Source of the DNA: Tubiluchus corallicola | Taxonomy: Eukaryota > Animalia > Priapulida | DNA: 64,000 nt | Direction: 5' to 3' | Assembly (NCBI GenBank): GCA_030141605.1 | Contig: JAQGDQ010002399.1 | Coordinates: 1-64,000 of the forward strand | Shown here: positions 49,601-59,583 of the stretch, one piece after another | Layout of the letters: every line of letters begins with the position of its first letter | How positions within the stretch are numbered: position 1 is the first letter of the stretch | Made by a program: the position numbers and the translations under genes | The notes under the pieces: generated by a model | The model's input: the letters and a program-made list of their open reading frames with translations, nothing else | Databases searched by the model: none | What the model was told of the DNA's origin: nothing

Positions 49601-49898
49601 ACACCCTGCACCTTCTACTACCAACAGTAATAGGGTAAGGATGAGCGATAGAGCAATTTATGACGGCTCGTTCATTAGATTAAAAAATGTGGTAATAAGT
49701 TACAGACCCCCAATCAAAAAGCTAAAAGGAGACTTAACTCTTTCCGTAGTAGGACGAAATTTACTCACATTTACCAACTATCCCGGCTACGACCCTGAAG
49801 TTACTTCACACGCAGGAAACCCTCAAAAAATGGGAGTAGACCTTGGTGCTTATCCGGGAATTAGAAGTATCAACTTTGGAGTAGACTTTAAATTTTGA
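46614..49898 (+). CDS. susC: SusC/RagA family TonB-dependent transporter
   Basis: ISGLV....EPLPGASV, LQGRVAGV, PLYIVDG, INPADIE..EVLRDAASTALYGSRGANGVVLITTKRG, RADGSSKF, LTWE, GDPNPDF, GYDPE and terminal F. Confidence 0.95.
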   Translation: MLRRLRITILVSFISTSSFSQIRTISGLVKSNDGEPLPGASVSIEDKAKGTITDMHGRFSFQAEKGDILLFSFLGFETKRIEVLNQSFIDVVLGEETQQIGEVIIVSSGYFDETKREVAGAIGQVRVDDMATKNPNTLETLLQGRVAGVVVSETGEPGGGISINVRGANSMFGTTQPLYIVDGIPIDPIADAEGSTAGGEAQSSLNFINPADIEKLEVLRDAASTALYGSRGANGVVLITTKRGKTGKGILNVSANISISTVAKTIDVLDGPGFAEYLNQRQINEFYKKITNPNRNGATMVYDGTQPINGFSFDGVVLNLPYNWVDDPLPSQVPISTDWQDEVYQLAATQKYNIGYSGGDDKGTYSLRLGMSDNEGVIINTKNQRLTYNMDVFKKLHANTLTLRSKTNVSYTKGRAGSINNGAVYQNRGVVSQTLRFQPLYGLLEEGDDVENAYALFNDGQPASNPYTLATELQDQKTAYTVFQSLILKAQVNPVFTYTLKGSVNYQNSLRDTYYPTTTQRGLRNNGEASYSTLLNQKWYIENNLFFKKKIKKHNTSLLLLNTLEKNDVRSLFSRVYGFPGDYTGYYDLSIASDVLPPVSAYHDFTLASFMARAAYNYNYKYIFNASIRADGSSKFAKNNKWGIFPSVAFAWLMVKEDFMKDIHAINNMKLRLSYGQIGNNPITPYQSLGTLESTTYNFDEKVVSGYYYSNLANDNLTWERTEQYNIGLDMGLWDNLVTLEADVYYKVTKDLLQRVQRPPSSGFPEIIDNFGEVENKGIELSLGVSPIRGKKLNWDITAIFGLNRNKLLSLNRDASYQRGPNVAFDEPANMFMEGKPLGIFWGAETDGVYEDWEEALASGIQGAAPGEIKYVNRNIDYLQDANGEYILDAEGNRIELEQQIINFEDYTQIGDPNPDFTLSLNNYFTYKQFTFSFLITAQKGGDILWLDGLTIEAMHNTTNMSTDAYNNSWKAPLEVDIGRQTITYNQQEGNLGEALHPAPSTTNSNRVRMSDRAIYDGSFIRLKNVVISYRPPIKKLKGDLTLSVVGRNLLTFTNYPGYDPEVTSHAGNPQKMGVDLGAYPGIRSINFGVDFKF

Positions 49899-49911
49899 AA
49901 TACTAAACACA

Positions 49912-51576
49912 GTGAAAAAACATATACAAATATTTATTCTTTGTCCCCTTCTGCTTCTAAGTGCTTGTACTAAATTTTTAGAAGAGAAGCCCTTGGTAAA
50001 TTTAGATTTTGAAAACTTTTACCAAGATGAAACAGATGCACTGACAGGACTTAATGCTGCCTATGCTGCATTAAAAACCAATGGTTATTATCGGCAAATT
50101 TTTCCCACTGTTTTATTAACAGCTTGTGATATTGCAGGAAGTAACAATATAAAAAATATAGACTTCAATCAGGGGACAGTTACCTCTACCAGCTCCCAAT
50201 TAGGAGATATATGGACGAGTATATATGTAGCAATAAAAGAAGCCAATGTAGTAATAGAAAGAGTACCACAAATTGCCGATATGGATATTTCATTGAGAGA
50301 TAGAATAGTGGGAGAAGCCCGTTTTTTAAGAGCTTTACATTACTTTATCTTGGTGAGAATTTGGGGAAAAGTACCTGTAAGGTTAAACTTAGTAGCTCCT
50401 GAAGATGATGGATACCTGCCCGTTTCTGAAATAAGTGAAGTATATAATGTTGTCATTCAAGACCTTAAATACGCTGCTGAAAAATGTTGGAAACGAGGTG
50501 AAGAACGTGATGGCAAAACCAATGAACTTGGAAGAGCAACCCAAGAAGCTGCCCACGGAATGCTTGCTCAAGTATACTTGCATATAGCTTCATCAGCACG
50601 TTCTTATTTACAAGGAGGAACAATAGGATTGTTACCTTATGGCGTATTTAGCAACTATGAAGCCTATTACGACTCTTGTATTCAAGAAGCTACTTGGGTC
50701 ATTGAAAAAGGGAACAGTCATCTTTTGAGCAATTTTGCAGGTATTTTTGAGGCTCTGGCTGGGAATAATGAAGAGATTCTTTTTGATGTTCAAAGCTCCT
50801 CTACTCCCGGGCAGGGATCTGCTATCTCCAACTTATTTTGTCCTAGAAATTCAGGGCTGGCAGGAAGTGGGTTTGGAGGAAATCATAGAATTTATGCCGA
50901 CTTTATGAAACTAAAAGCATTTAAAGATGAAACAGGAATAGACACTTCTGATATCCGTTTTCATTTAAGTATTATCAAAGAATATCAAGACTTGGACTGG
51001 AAATATACTATATTAGCAGAAGGAAACCACATATACTCTGCCTATAAAAGAGAATCACTTTCAACAGGAGAAGCAGGCAATAACCTCGCTGGAACATATA
51101 CTTCTAAATACATAGACACTAGGGCAACTACAGAATACACCAGCTCGCAAAATTGGCATGTTTTAAGATTGTCCGAAGTTTATTTAATGAGAGCCGAAGC
51201 CCTTGCCGAAAAATCAGGTATCCCTTCTAATGCCTATCCCGACATAAATGAGGTTAGAAGCTACCGTAATGTTCCAGATATAGACGATAGTTATTTAGAC
51301 AATTTTAGAAAGTTTAACATAGAAACATATTCTTATGAAACTATTGCCGAACCTATGGAAAAATTTAGGGAAGCCATATTACACGAACGAACCCTAGAAC
51401 TGCTGATGGAAGGACATCGCTACTACGATATTCTTCGACTAGGAAAACTGTTAGAAAAAAACAAAGCCACCAAAGGCAATGCAGACCCTAATATGAATGA
51501 ATACTATGGAAATGATGCAAGTTATTTTTGGGCTATACCCCAAATTGAACGAGACACCAACCCTGCTATACAATAA
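49912..51576 (+). CDS. susD: SusD/RagB family glycan-binding lipoprotein
   Basis: Lipobox LSAC-TKFLEE, GEARFLRAL.YF.LV..WG.VP, GRAT..AA...LA..YL, RLSEVYL..AEA, ER..EL..EG.RYYD..R, IPQ.E...NP. Confidence 0.95.
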   Translation: MKKHIQIFILCPLLLLSACTKFLEEKPLVNLDFENFYQDETDALTGLNAAYAALKTNGYYRQIFPTVLLTACDIAGSNNIKNIDFNQGTVTSTSSQLGDIWTSIYVAIKEANVVIERVPQIADMDISLRDRIVGEARFLRALHYFILVRIWGKVPVRLNLVAPEDDGYLPVSEISEVYNVVIQDLKYAAEKCWKRGEERDGKTNELGRATQEAAHGMLAQVYLHIASSARSYLQGGTIGLLPYGVFSNYEAYYDSCIQEATWVIEKGNSHLLSNFAGIFEALAGNNEEILFDVQSSSTPGQGSAISNLFCPRNSGLAGSGFGGNHRIYADFMKLKAFKDETGIDTSDIRFHLSIIKEYQDLDWKYTILAEGNHIYSAYKRESLSTGEAGNNLAGTYTSKYIDTRATTEYTSSQNWHVLRLSEVYLMRAEALAEKSGIPSNAYPDINEVRSYRNVPDIDDSYLDNFRKFNIETYSYETIAEPMEKFREAILHERTLELLMEGHRYYDILRLGKLLEKNKATKGNADPNMNEYYGNDASYFWAIPQIERDTNPAIQ

Positions 51577-51595
51577 AAAAAGTAATTAATTTATT

Positions 51596-53425
51596 ATGAA
51601 AATAAAAACTATTATACTTTCGACCCTTTTTATTTTTAATATTGTATCTATTCTTGCCCAAGAACAATACAATGTAGTATTAATCGTTTCTGACCAACAC
51701 AGAATAAAATCAACAGGCTGTTACGGAGATGAAATCGTAAAAACGCCTAATATTGATTTTCTTGCATCGCAAGGAGTAAAATTTACCCAATGCTATACTC
51801 CCGCACCCATATGTGCTCCTGCACGAGCAGCTATTTTTACAGGACTTTTTCCCTATCAGAACAAAGCATTGTATCACAAAGCACCTGTTAAAGCCCCGAA
51901 TGGGAGAACCAAATACCTAGGTCCTGGTAAATCTGCAGAAACAAGTTATAGAAAAGGAATTGTTACTATGGCAGAATTCTTTCAAGAAAAAGGCTATCTC
52001 ACTTCAGGGATTGGAAAAATGCACGTGCATGGTGAAATGCAAAAAGGAGTGGATGATAAACTCCCACAAGGTAACTTTATGGGATTTGACACAACATCCC
52101 TACGCTATTACACCCACTTCCCCGGGGGACACTACGAAGACCATAAAGATGGAACTCCCTACAAGAAATATAGAGAAATGGGAGAATACAAACGGGAGCC
52201 TTTAAACCAAGAATACAAACCTACTCTTGTAGAGAACGAAGAAGATGTATTTGATATGTTGGTTACTCAACAATCTTCCGATTTCATAAAGCAGGCTGCA
52301 AAAAAAGGAAAACCTTTCTTTACTTATGTAGGACTGGAAAAACCCCATATGCCTTTTACCACTATTCAACGACTTTTAGATTTATACGACCCTCAGGATT
52401 TTTCTTTTCCTCCAACTTACAACGAAGTCAAAAAGAAAGGAAAATACCCTTGGGTGCCTGATTGGATACACAACGGGTTACCGTTGAACCACCCAGAAAA
52501 AGCAAAAAATGTAATGGCCTCCTACTATGCCTGCATCACTGAAGTAGATGAAAATGTAGGCAAGATTATTCAAACACTTAAAGAAACAGGGCAGTTAGAT
52601 AAAACTATTATTATTTACACTACCGACCACGGAGAGCATCTTTTTGACCACGGGCTAAGAGGAAAGCACAATATGTTTGACGATGCTGTACGTGTGCCTT
52701 TTATTGTTTATTGTCCATCTCTTTTGGGAGAAAAACCCAAAACTATTACTAGCCTTACTAACTTGTTAGATATTTATCCTACTCTATGCGACTTACTAAA
52801 TTGGGAAGTGCCTAAAAATCTTTCTGGAAGATCATTAAAGCCTGCACTTATTGGAGAAAAAGAAAATCCATTTCCAAGTAGAAGAGTATTTTGCGAATAC
52901 CATTCAGGAAACTACAAAGCCTTTCCCGAAGAAAGATACTTACCCTCTCGTATGATGAGATACTGGAATATGAAATACATTTATACACACGGTATGATAG
53001 ACCAATTATACTATATGAAGGACGACCCAGATGAATTGAAAAATTTAGCTTTTAACCAAGCACAAGAAGAAAAACTTTTAAAAATGCGGTTGATGGCTTT
53101 AGACGGTTGGAATTTTAGTGATTTTCCTCTGATGAAACTAAAACTAAAAGACAAAAAAACACTTACGTGGACCGCCTTTGAAGGAGTAAAAGAATATATT
53201 GTTTTTGGCTCTTCTAAACCTTCACCCGAATTAGCAAAAATAGTGAAAAGAAACATAAATGCAGAAAGTATAAAAATTTCTGAATTATCAGAAACATATA
53301 ACTACTATTGGGTAATGGCAGTGCCTAAATATAGTCGCACTGTTAAACGTTTTGGTGAAAAACCTGTGCTAATGGAAAAATTGCCACCTAATATTCCACT
53401 TACAAACAAATTAAGTATAAAATAA
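51596..53425 (+). CDS. S1 family sulfatase (Cys-type) with C-terminal beta-rich extension
   Basis: NVVLIVSDQH, TPNID.LA, CAPARA (CxPxR), GKMH, KPH.P, TDHG, KH.MFD..VRVP, DPDE..NL. Confidence 0.93.
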   Translation: MKIKTIILSTLFIFNIVSILAQEQYNVVLIVSDQHRIKSTGCYGDEIVKTPNIDFLASQGVKFTQCYTPAPICAPARAAIFTGLFPYQNKALYHKAPVKAPNGRTKYLGPGKSAETSYRKGIVTMAEFFQEKGYLTSGIGKMHVHGEMQKGVDDKLPQGNFMGFDTTSLRYYTHFPGGHYEDHKDGTPYKKYREMGEYKREPLNQEYKPTLVENEEDVFDMLVTQQSSDFIKQAAKKGKPFFTYVGLEKPHMPFTTIQRLLDLYDPQDFSFPPTYNEVKKKGKYPWVPDWIHNGLPLNHPEKAKNVMASYYACITEVDENVGKIIQTLKETGQLDKTIIIYTTDHGEHLFDHGLRGKHNMFDDAVRVPFIVYCPSLLGEKPKTITSLTNLLDIYPTLCDLLNWEVPKNLSGRSLKPALIGEKENPFPSRRVFCEYHSGNYKAFPEERYLPSRMMRYWNMKYIYTHGMIDQLYYMKDDPDELKNLAFNQAQEEKLLKMRLMALDGWNFSDFPLMKLKLKDKKTLTWTAFEGVKEYIVFGSSKPSPELAKIVKRNINAESIKISELSETYNYYWVMAVPKYSRTVKRFGEKPVLMEKLPPNIPLTNKLSIK

Positions 53426-53446
53426 TAAATAATAGCCAACAAGGGG

Positions 53447-54703
53447 ATGCACATAAATATAAGAAAAATAGTTAGATTAAGAATAGATTGGATAAAAACA
53501 ATAATCAAAATTAGTTTATTTCTAATGCTCCTACTGCCTTTCTTAGCTTTCGCACAAGAGGAGAACAAAGATATTACCCAGCAAGTAAACTATTTTATTG
53601 GAACGCAAACTATAGGACCTAAATATCAATTCACAGAGGACGACAATTTATTAGAAACTGCCAAAGGAATACGTGAAATGGGGTCTAACCTTCTAAAATT
53701 TTCTCTATCTAAGAACTATTTCAAAAAATACAACCTCTCCAAAGACAATAGTATACAGTCTTTAAAAGACTTAGCAGAAAAACAAACATCTATAAAAAAG
53801 GTATTTGAAATGGATTTTAAATATTACCTTATGTGGGCTTATGGTTTCTCAAAAGTAGATAGAAAGAACGGATTATCTTCATCCGAAAAAAAAGAACTAT
53901 ATAAGGAAATGTATGACTTTGCTGCCTATTTACTGAAAACTTATAGTGGCACAAACAAAACCTTTTTCATTGGACACTGGGAAGGAGATTGGCATCTATA
54001 CCCTAACTTTAAAAAAGATATACCCCCTACTAAAACTTTACTGGGAGGTATGACAGAGTGGTTGAACATACGCCAAAAAGCCATTGATGATGCCAAGAAA
54101 AAAATAAAACATACAGATGTAGAAATCTACCACTACACGGAAGTAAACCTGTTGAAAAAATCTATGGAAGGAGGAATTACTCTTACCAACAATGTATTAC
54201 CCAAAACAAAAGTAGATTTTGTGTCCTATTCTTCCTACGACATTACTAAAAAGAACACAGACCAACCCGAGATAATGAAAAGAAACCTTAAAAAGGCTTT
54301 AAACTATATAGAAAAAAAACTGCCAAAGAAAAAAGGACTACCCTTCAAAAAAAGAGTATGGATAGGAGAATATGGATATGGAATAAAAAACAACACACCT
54401 CAACAACAAAACCAACAAAGTATAGAAGTGATGAAAGCTGCGATAGAATGGGGATGCCCTTTTGTGCTATACTGGGAATTTTACAACAACGAAATAGAAA
54501 AAGACGGTTCACACAGAGGAATGTGGCTAATAAACGATAAAAACGAAAAACAACCTATATACCACACCCATAAAAACTTTTACCAGCAAATGAAAGAAAG
54601 AACAAAAGAATACTACCAAGAAACCCAACAGCTACCTAAACCCAAAAAAATACAAAAAGATGCCTTACAAGTATTAGAAAGATTAACAGATAAAGAGAGA
54701 TGA
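53447..54703 (+). CDS. Secreted hypothetical protein, putative clan GH-A-like glycoside hydrolase (paralog 1)
   Basis: Signal peptide ending AFAQ. Motifs GHWEGDW, YTEVN, VDFVSYSSYD, WIGEYG and LYW.FYNNE are shared with 58114-59373. Start codon uncertain. Confidence 0.6.
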   Translation: MHINIRKIVRLRIDWIKTIIKISLFLMLLLPFLAFAQEENKDITQQVNYFIGTQTIGPKYQFTEDDNLLETAKGIREMGSNLLKFSLSKNYFKKYNLSKDNSIQSLKDLAEKQTSIKKVFEMDFKYYLMWAYGFSKVDRKNGLSSSEKKELYKEMYDFAAYLLKTYSGTNKTFFIGHWEGDWHLYPNFKKDIPPTKTLLGGMTEWLNIRQKAIDDAKKKIKHTDVEIYHYTEVNLLKKSMEGGITLTNNVLPKTKVDFVSYSSYDITKKNTDQPEIMKRNLKKALNYIEKKLPKKKGLPFKKRVWIGEYGYGIKNNTPQQQNQQSIEVMKAAIEWGCPFVLYWEFYNNEIEKDGSHRGMWLINDKNEKQPIYHTHKNFYQQMKERTKEYYQETQQLPKPKKIQKDALQVLERLTDKER

Positions 54704-56601
54704 AGAAAATAATATTTAAAAGTTTTGCAGCAATAATGTTTATCATTTTCTTCCTACAATGTGAGAAAAAAGATGACATACAAACTGAAAAAACCGTAGA
54801 AGGAGGTATATATAACCTAAATACTGAGAAGAGAGAAAGCTCTGAAGATACCGTAATCCTAACTTGGGAGGTAAGCAAAGAAGGTGTTTTCTTCTCGCTC
54901 CTTATCAACGAAGAAGAAACACGCTTCAATACCACAGCTTTTGAAATAACAGACACTATTTTTAATAGCACCATACAAGATAGTGTTTACCTATGTAGTA
55001 AAGACGTTCAAGTAAGCAACAAGGTAGGAAAATACCTTTTTGAACTTTCTACTTACGATGGTGAAGGAACTCTTATGAGAGAAAAAGGCACAGATACCCT
55101 CTATCTTAGAGATATTTACCCACCAGCACCAATAGAAAATCTCACGGCTAATATGATAGACGAAATTGACTATATAGTAGAATTAAAGTGGGAAAATCCA
55201 TTAGACAACGATTTAGATTCTTTAAGAATTCAATATGGAGATGAAAATTCTGATAATATTACAAAGTTAGTGCACAAAACCATTACTTCCACAAACATAC
55301 AACTAATAAACCCTCTCATAGGAGTTAAATACACTTTTCAAGTATTTCCTCAAGACACTGCTGGTAATATAACTCCTACTTCCCCTGAAGCTTCTGTCGT
55401 AATTAGAGACGTTGTGCCACCCGGTGAAGTTACTGGTTTTACGGCTACTCAAAATACAAATTACCTATCTGCCTTTATGCTGGATTGGACACCCCCAACA
55501 GATGCAGATTTAGACTCTTTCTTAATCACCTATTCAGGCGAAGGAGTGCTTACTGAAAATAAGAAAATAAGCAAAAACGAAGAGCTACCTTACCCTATTG
55601 TCATTCCCCAAATAAGTACCATAAACAACATTGATTTTACTGTAAAAGCCATAGATGCTAGTGGTAATGAATCAGAAGGGGTTACAACGAATGCAAATGT
55701 TGATGAAACTATTATTTTTGTAAATAATGCCACGGAGTTAGACGCTGCTTTACTTACAGGAGGCAATGTATTCCTTACTGCTGATATTGATATTACAACA
55801 GTGAATAATGGTATTGGGCTAACTAACAAAGATATTACCGATAAAGATATAACACTTACAGTGTATGGGCAGGGGCATACAATTAACTCTTCTACAGACG
55901 ATAATAACGACACTTATTTATTAAGGGCTAGAACTTCGAATGACTCACATTCTATACACATAACATTTATACGAACTATTTTTAAAGATTTCAGAAGTAG
56001 TATAACTTTAAGTTCTACGGATGGTGGTGGTGCGTTAATGGGAGTTGGGGGAGCTGATTTTGGATTAAGTACAGATGCAGATGTCTCCTTAACCCTTTAT
56101 AATTGTCTGTTAAGCAATATTGTAGCCACTAGCTCAGCTGGAGGAAGCAACCTTATCACTGCGTTTGCCAGTGCAGAACTTTATATTTACAATACAACTC
56201 TTGTTCAACTTGAAAACTGTGGTGCTGCCAACAAAGGTGCCGTTATAAAAGGAGGTGCCTCTACAGGGATAAATAGAATGTTTGTTTATAATTCGATAGG
56301 CTTTTTTAAGAGAACAGGCCAGAATGCTGGTGATATGGTAAGGCTAAATACTTGGAATATCAATTCAGTCCCCACAGACAATAACTTTCGTGCCAATATG
56401 GTAGACTACGATAATGAAGATTACACACCAAAAGACGGAGCTGCAAATTTGGTAGATGAAGGAAATATAGAATACAAACCTTCTTTTATGCAAGGGGTAG
56501 GGTTGGAGTACGACATAGACATACTTGGCAATCCTAGAGTTAAAAATGGAGGTAAGGGAAACAATATAGACCTTGGTGCCATAGAGCGGCAGGGGCTATA
56601 A
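54700..56601 (+). CDS. Surface lipoprotein with two FN3-like domains and a C-terminal beta-helix-like / choice-of-anchor-Q-like region
   Basis: Lipobox LQC-EKKDD. D..PP..V..L/F.A...L.W..P.D.DLDS...D..GN.S twice. C-terminal DILGNPRV...IDLGAIE. Confidence 0.75.
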   Translation: MKKIIFKSFAAIMFIIFFLQCEKKDDIQTEKTVEGGIYNLNTEKRESSEDTVILTWEVSKEGVFFSLLINEEETRFNTTAFEITDTIFNSTIQDSVYLCSKDVQVSNKVGKYLFELSTYDGEGTLMREKGTDTLYLRDIYPPAPIENLTANMIDEIDYIVELKWENPLDNDLDSLRIQYGDENSDNITKLVHKTITSTNIQLINPLIGVKYTFQVFPQDTAGNITPTSPEASVVIRDVVPPGEVTGFTATQNTNYLSAFMLDWTPPTDADLDSFLITYSGEGVLTENKKISKNEELPYPIVIPQISTINNIDFTVKAIDASGNESEGVTTNANVDETIIFVNNATELDAALLTGGNVFLTADIDITTVNNGIGLTNKDITDKDITLTVYGQGHTINSSTDDNNDTYLLRARTSNDSHSIHITFIRTIFKDFRSSITLSSTDGGGALMGVGGADFGLSTDADVSLTLYNCLLSNIVATSSAGGSNLITAFASAELYIYNTTLVQLENCGAANKGAVIKGGASTGINRMFVYNSIGFFKRTGQNAGDMVRLNTWNINSVPTDNNFRANMVDYDNEDYTPKDGAANLVDEGNIEYKPSFMQGVGLEYDIDILGNPRVKNGGKGNNIDLGAIERQGL

Positions 56602-56632
56602 AGAAAAGTAATTAAACAATAGTTTGAAACAA

Positions 56633-58096
56633 ATGAAGAAATTTTTTTTACTCGCACTCATTATCTTACTAGTACTTAATTGTCAGCAAAAACAAGAAGC
56701 CAAGCGTCCTAACTTCTTGTTTATTCTTTTAGACGATTTACCTTATGATGCAATGGAAGATGTGGGACGTTATCCCTTCTTACAAACCCCTCATATATCT
56801 AAATTAAAAGATGAAGGAGTAAACTACTCTAATAGCTTTTGCACAATGTCCATTTGCTCTCCTTCTCGCGGAAGTTTTCTTACAGGTGTATATCCCCACT
56901 TGCACGGAGTAAATCAAAATAGCCACAAGGTAGATCCCGACTGGGAAACATACAAGCCTTATTCTCAACTACTGCAAAAGTCAGGTTACCACACCGCTAT
57001 GGTAGGAAAGATACATATGGCTCATAAAAAAGGCAGAGAACATATTCGTCCTGGGTTTGACTATTGGCTAAGTTTTCAAGGACAGGGGGATTACTTTGAC
57101 CCCATACTCAATGAAAATGGGAGAGAATATCAAACAAAAGGATATATTACAGATATACTTACAGATTCTGCTGTTCATTGGTTAGAAAACAAATGGGATA
57201 GAAACAAACCATTTAGCCTTTGTTTATGGCACAAAGCTGTTCACGAGCCTTTTGAAGAACCTCCTAGACACAAAGACCTATACCGAGATGAGCCATTGCC
57301 TGAACCACCTTATGGAACTGCTTACGAAACCTTTGCAGGAAAACCAGAATGGCAGCGAATCAAATGGATGGACTCCGATTGGAAATCCTATGTCCCTGTG
57401 GACTCTATTACTCCCAGACCTTGGGGCTATAAGTACGATTTTTATATGGCTTTATTGAGAACGTCTAAAGCTGCTGATGAATCAGTGGGGAAAATGATGC
57501 AAACATTGAAAGAAATAGGAGTATTGGAAAATACTGTTGTTATATTTGCTGCTGACAATGGTTATTTTATGGGGGAACATAACTATTGGGACAAACGTAT
57601 TGCCTACGAACCTTCTATGCGAATCCCTCTTATCATACGCTACCCCGAAAGCATTCAGAAGGAAAAAAACATAAATAAAATGGTGCTAAACATAGATGTT
57701 ATGCCTACTATTTTAGACTTAGCAAAGGTTGAAATTCCTGAATATGTGCAAGGAGAGTCTTTGTTGCATTTATTCAATCCACAAGGAAAAGAAAAATGGA
57801 GAAAATCCATTCTTTTTGAATATTATGTGGATGATGCATATCCCTATGCAGGCCCCAATATGATAGCAGTAAGAACAGACAAGTACAAATATGTAGATGC
57901 TTTCTTAGAAAATGATATAAACGAACTTTACGACCTGCAAAAAGACCCAGGAGAAATGAAAAACCTTATCAATGTTGAAGAATACAAAGGAGTGCTAAAA
58001 GATATGAAAGAAGAGGCCGAAAGCCTGAAAAAGAAGTATAAATACAATCCTGATAGAGACTGGTGGATGAGAAAGTCATTAGGTAAAAAAGAATAA
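56633..58096 (+). CDS. S1 family sulfatase lipoprotein (Cys-type; GlcNAc-6-sulfatase-like)
   Basis: RPNFLFILLDD, TPHI..L, CSPSRGSFLTG, GKIH, GFDYW..F.GQGDY, GYITD.LTD, HKAVH, DNGYFMGEH...DKR.AYE.S.RIP. Confidence 0.93.
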   Translation: MKKFFLLALIILLVLNCQQKQEAKRPNFLFILLDDLPYDAMEDVGRYPFLQTPHISKLKDEGVNYSNSFCTMSICSPSRGSFLTGVYPHLHGVNQNSHKVDPDWETYKPYSQLLQKSGYHTAMVGKIHMAHKKGREHIRPGFDYWLSFQGQGDYFDPILNENGREYQTKGYITDILTDSAVHWLENKWDRNKPFSLCLWHKAVHEPFEEPPRHKDLYRDEPLPEPPYGTAYETFAGKPEWQRIKWMDSDWKSYVPVDSITPRPWGYKYDFYMALLRTSKAADESVGKMMQTLKEIGVLENTVVIFAADNGYFMGEHNYWDKRIAYEPSMRIPLIIRYPESIQKEKNINKMVLNIDVMPTILDLAKVEIPEYVQGESLLHLFNPQGKEKWRKSILFEYYVDDAYPYAGPNMIAVRTDKYKYVDAFLENDINELYDLQKDPGEMKNLINVEEYKGVLKDMKEEAESLKKKYKYNPDRDWWMRKSLGKKE

Positions 58097-58113
58097 TAAT
58101 TTTAAAGAAAACT

Positions 58114-59373
58114 ATGAAATTAATACAAACTGGCTCTTTTTTTACTTTTACAACTACTTTACTATTAATGCTAAGTCATTGTAACAATGTAGAGAATAAG
58201 GACATTGAAAACTACAACTACATAATAGGCACACAAACAGTAGGTCCTAAATATAAATTTACAGACGAAACCTATCTGGTAGAGACTGCACAAGAGATAA
58301 AAGAAATGGGTTCTAACCTAATGAAGTTCTCTATGAACCCTCGTTATTGTACAGAAAACTACAACCTTCCCCGCAATGAAAATGTTAATTCATTAACTAC
58401 TCTTGCTCAATATGAACCTTCTGTAAATAAGGTTTTAAATATGGATTTTACTTATTACATGATATGGGCTTACTCTTTTTCTCAATACACACCAGAAGTT
58501 GAAGGAGAAAAGAAAGATGAAAACCAAATTAAGTTTATTGGAGGATTTTCTGATGAATATGTCGAAAAGGAATACAAAGAGATGTATGAATTTACCAAAT
58601 ATTTACTCACTGAATTTAACCGTTCAGAAAAATACTTCTTTCTTGGACACTGGGAAGGAGACTGGCACTTACGCTGGTATGAGGATAAAACAAAAGAGCC
58701 AGACAGTGCGACCGTAGAAGGAATGATAAAATGGCTACAAATAAGGCAAAAGGCTATTGACGATGCCAAAAAAGATGTTCCTCACGAAAAAGTATGGATA
58801 TACCATTATTCGGAAATAAATTTAGTAAAAAGATGGGATGTATATAAAGGAGATAAACTTTCTGTGATAAACAATGTATTACCTTATGTGCCTATTGATT
58901 TTGTTTCTTATTCTGCCTACGATGCAACCAACCCGTTTACGACCTATACAAGTTTAAATAAAAATTTGATAGAAGCTCTAAATTTTATAGAGTCGAAATT
59001 GAAACCTAAAAAAGGACTGCCTTTCAAGAAAAGAGTATGGATAGGAGAATATGGTGTGCCGCATAAATCAGCAGGGGAGGAAAAACAAAATGAGCAGGCA
59101 AAATGGGTAATTCAAACGGGCTTAGAATGGGGAGTTCCTTTTATTCTCTACTGGGCAATGTATAACAACGAAATAGATGAAAAGGGAGAGCAAATAGGCT
59201 TTTGGATGATAGACAATAATGGACAGAAACAAAAGGTGTATAAAACACATCAAAACTTCTATTACTCAGCAAAAGAATATGTAAATAAATACTTACAAGA
59301 GAACAAGAAAACTCCAACAGAAGAAGAATTTAGAAAAGAGGCAATAAGCATAATTAGAGAATTGTCAGAATGA
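58114..59373 (+). CDS. Lipoprotein, putative clan GH-A-like glycoside hydrolase (paralog 2)
   Basis: Lipobox-like LSHC-NNVE. IGTQTVGPKY, GHWEGDW, YSEIN, IDFVSYSAYD, KKGLPFKKRVWIGEYG and LYWAMYNNE are shared with 53447-54703. Confidence 0.6.
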   Translation: MKLIQTGSFFTFTTTLLLMLSHCNNVENKDIENYNYIIGTQTVGPKYKFTDETYLVETAQEIKEMGSNLMKFSMNPRYCTENYNLPRNENVNSLTTLAQYEPSVNKVLNMDFTYYMIWAYSFSQYTPEVEGEKKDENQIKFIGGFSDEYVEKEYKEMYEFTKYLLTEFNRSEKYFFLGHWEGDWHLRWYEDKTKEPDSATVEGMIKWLQIRQKAIDDAKKDVPHEKVWIYHYSEINLVKRWDVYKGDKLSVINNVLPYVPIDFVSYSAYDATNPFTTYTSLNKNLIEALNFIESKLKPKKGLPFKKRVWIGEYGVPHKSAGEEKQNEQAKWVIQTGLEWGVPFILYWAMYNNEIDEKGEQIGFWMIDNNGQKQKVYKTHQNFYYSAKEYVNKYLQENKKTPTEEEFRKEAISIIRELSE

Positions 59374-59583
59374 TGAAATAAGAATTAACTCCCATTTCAA
59401 GAGCTTTTCATTGTTATTTCAACAGACTGACACATTGCATCAAATACCTTTGTACAATAATCTATTAACTAAAAAACGGATAGTACAAAAATGCTAATCT
59501 ACTCATTTGTTTGCTCACCATAAACAGAACAAAATCTTAAATAAGTTTCTTTACATCTTGTTTCTCAAAGTTTTAGTATCTTT

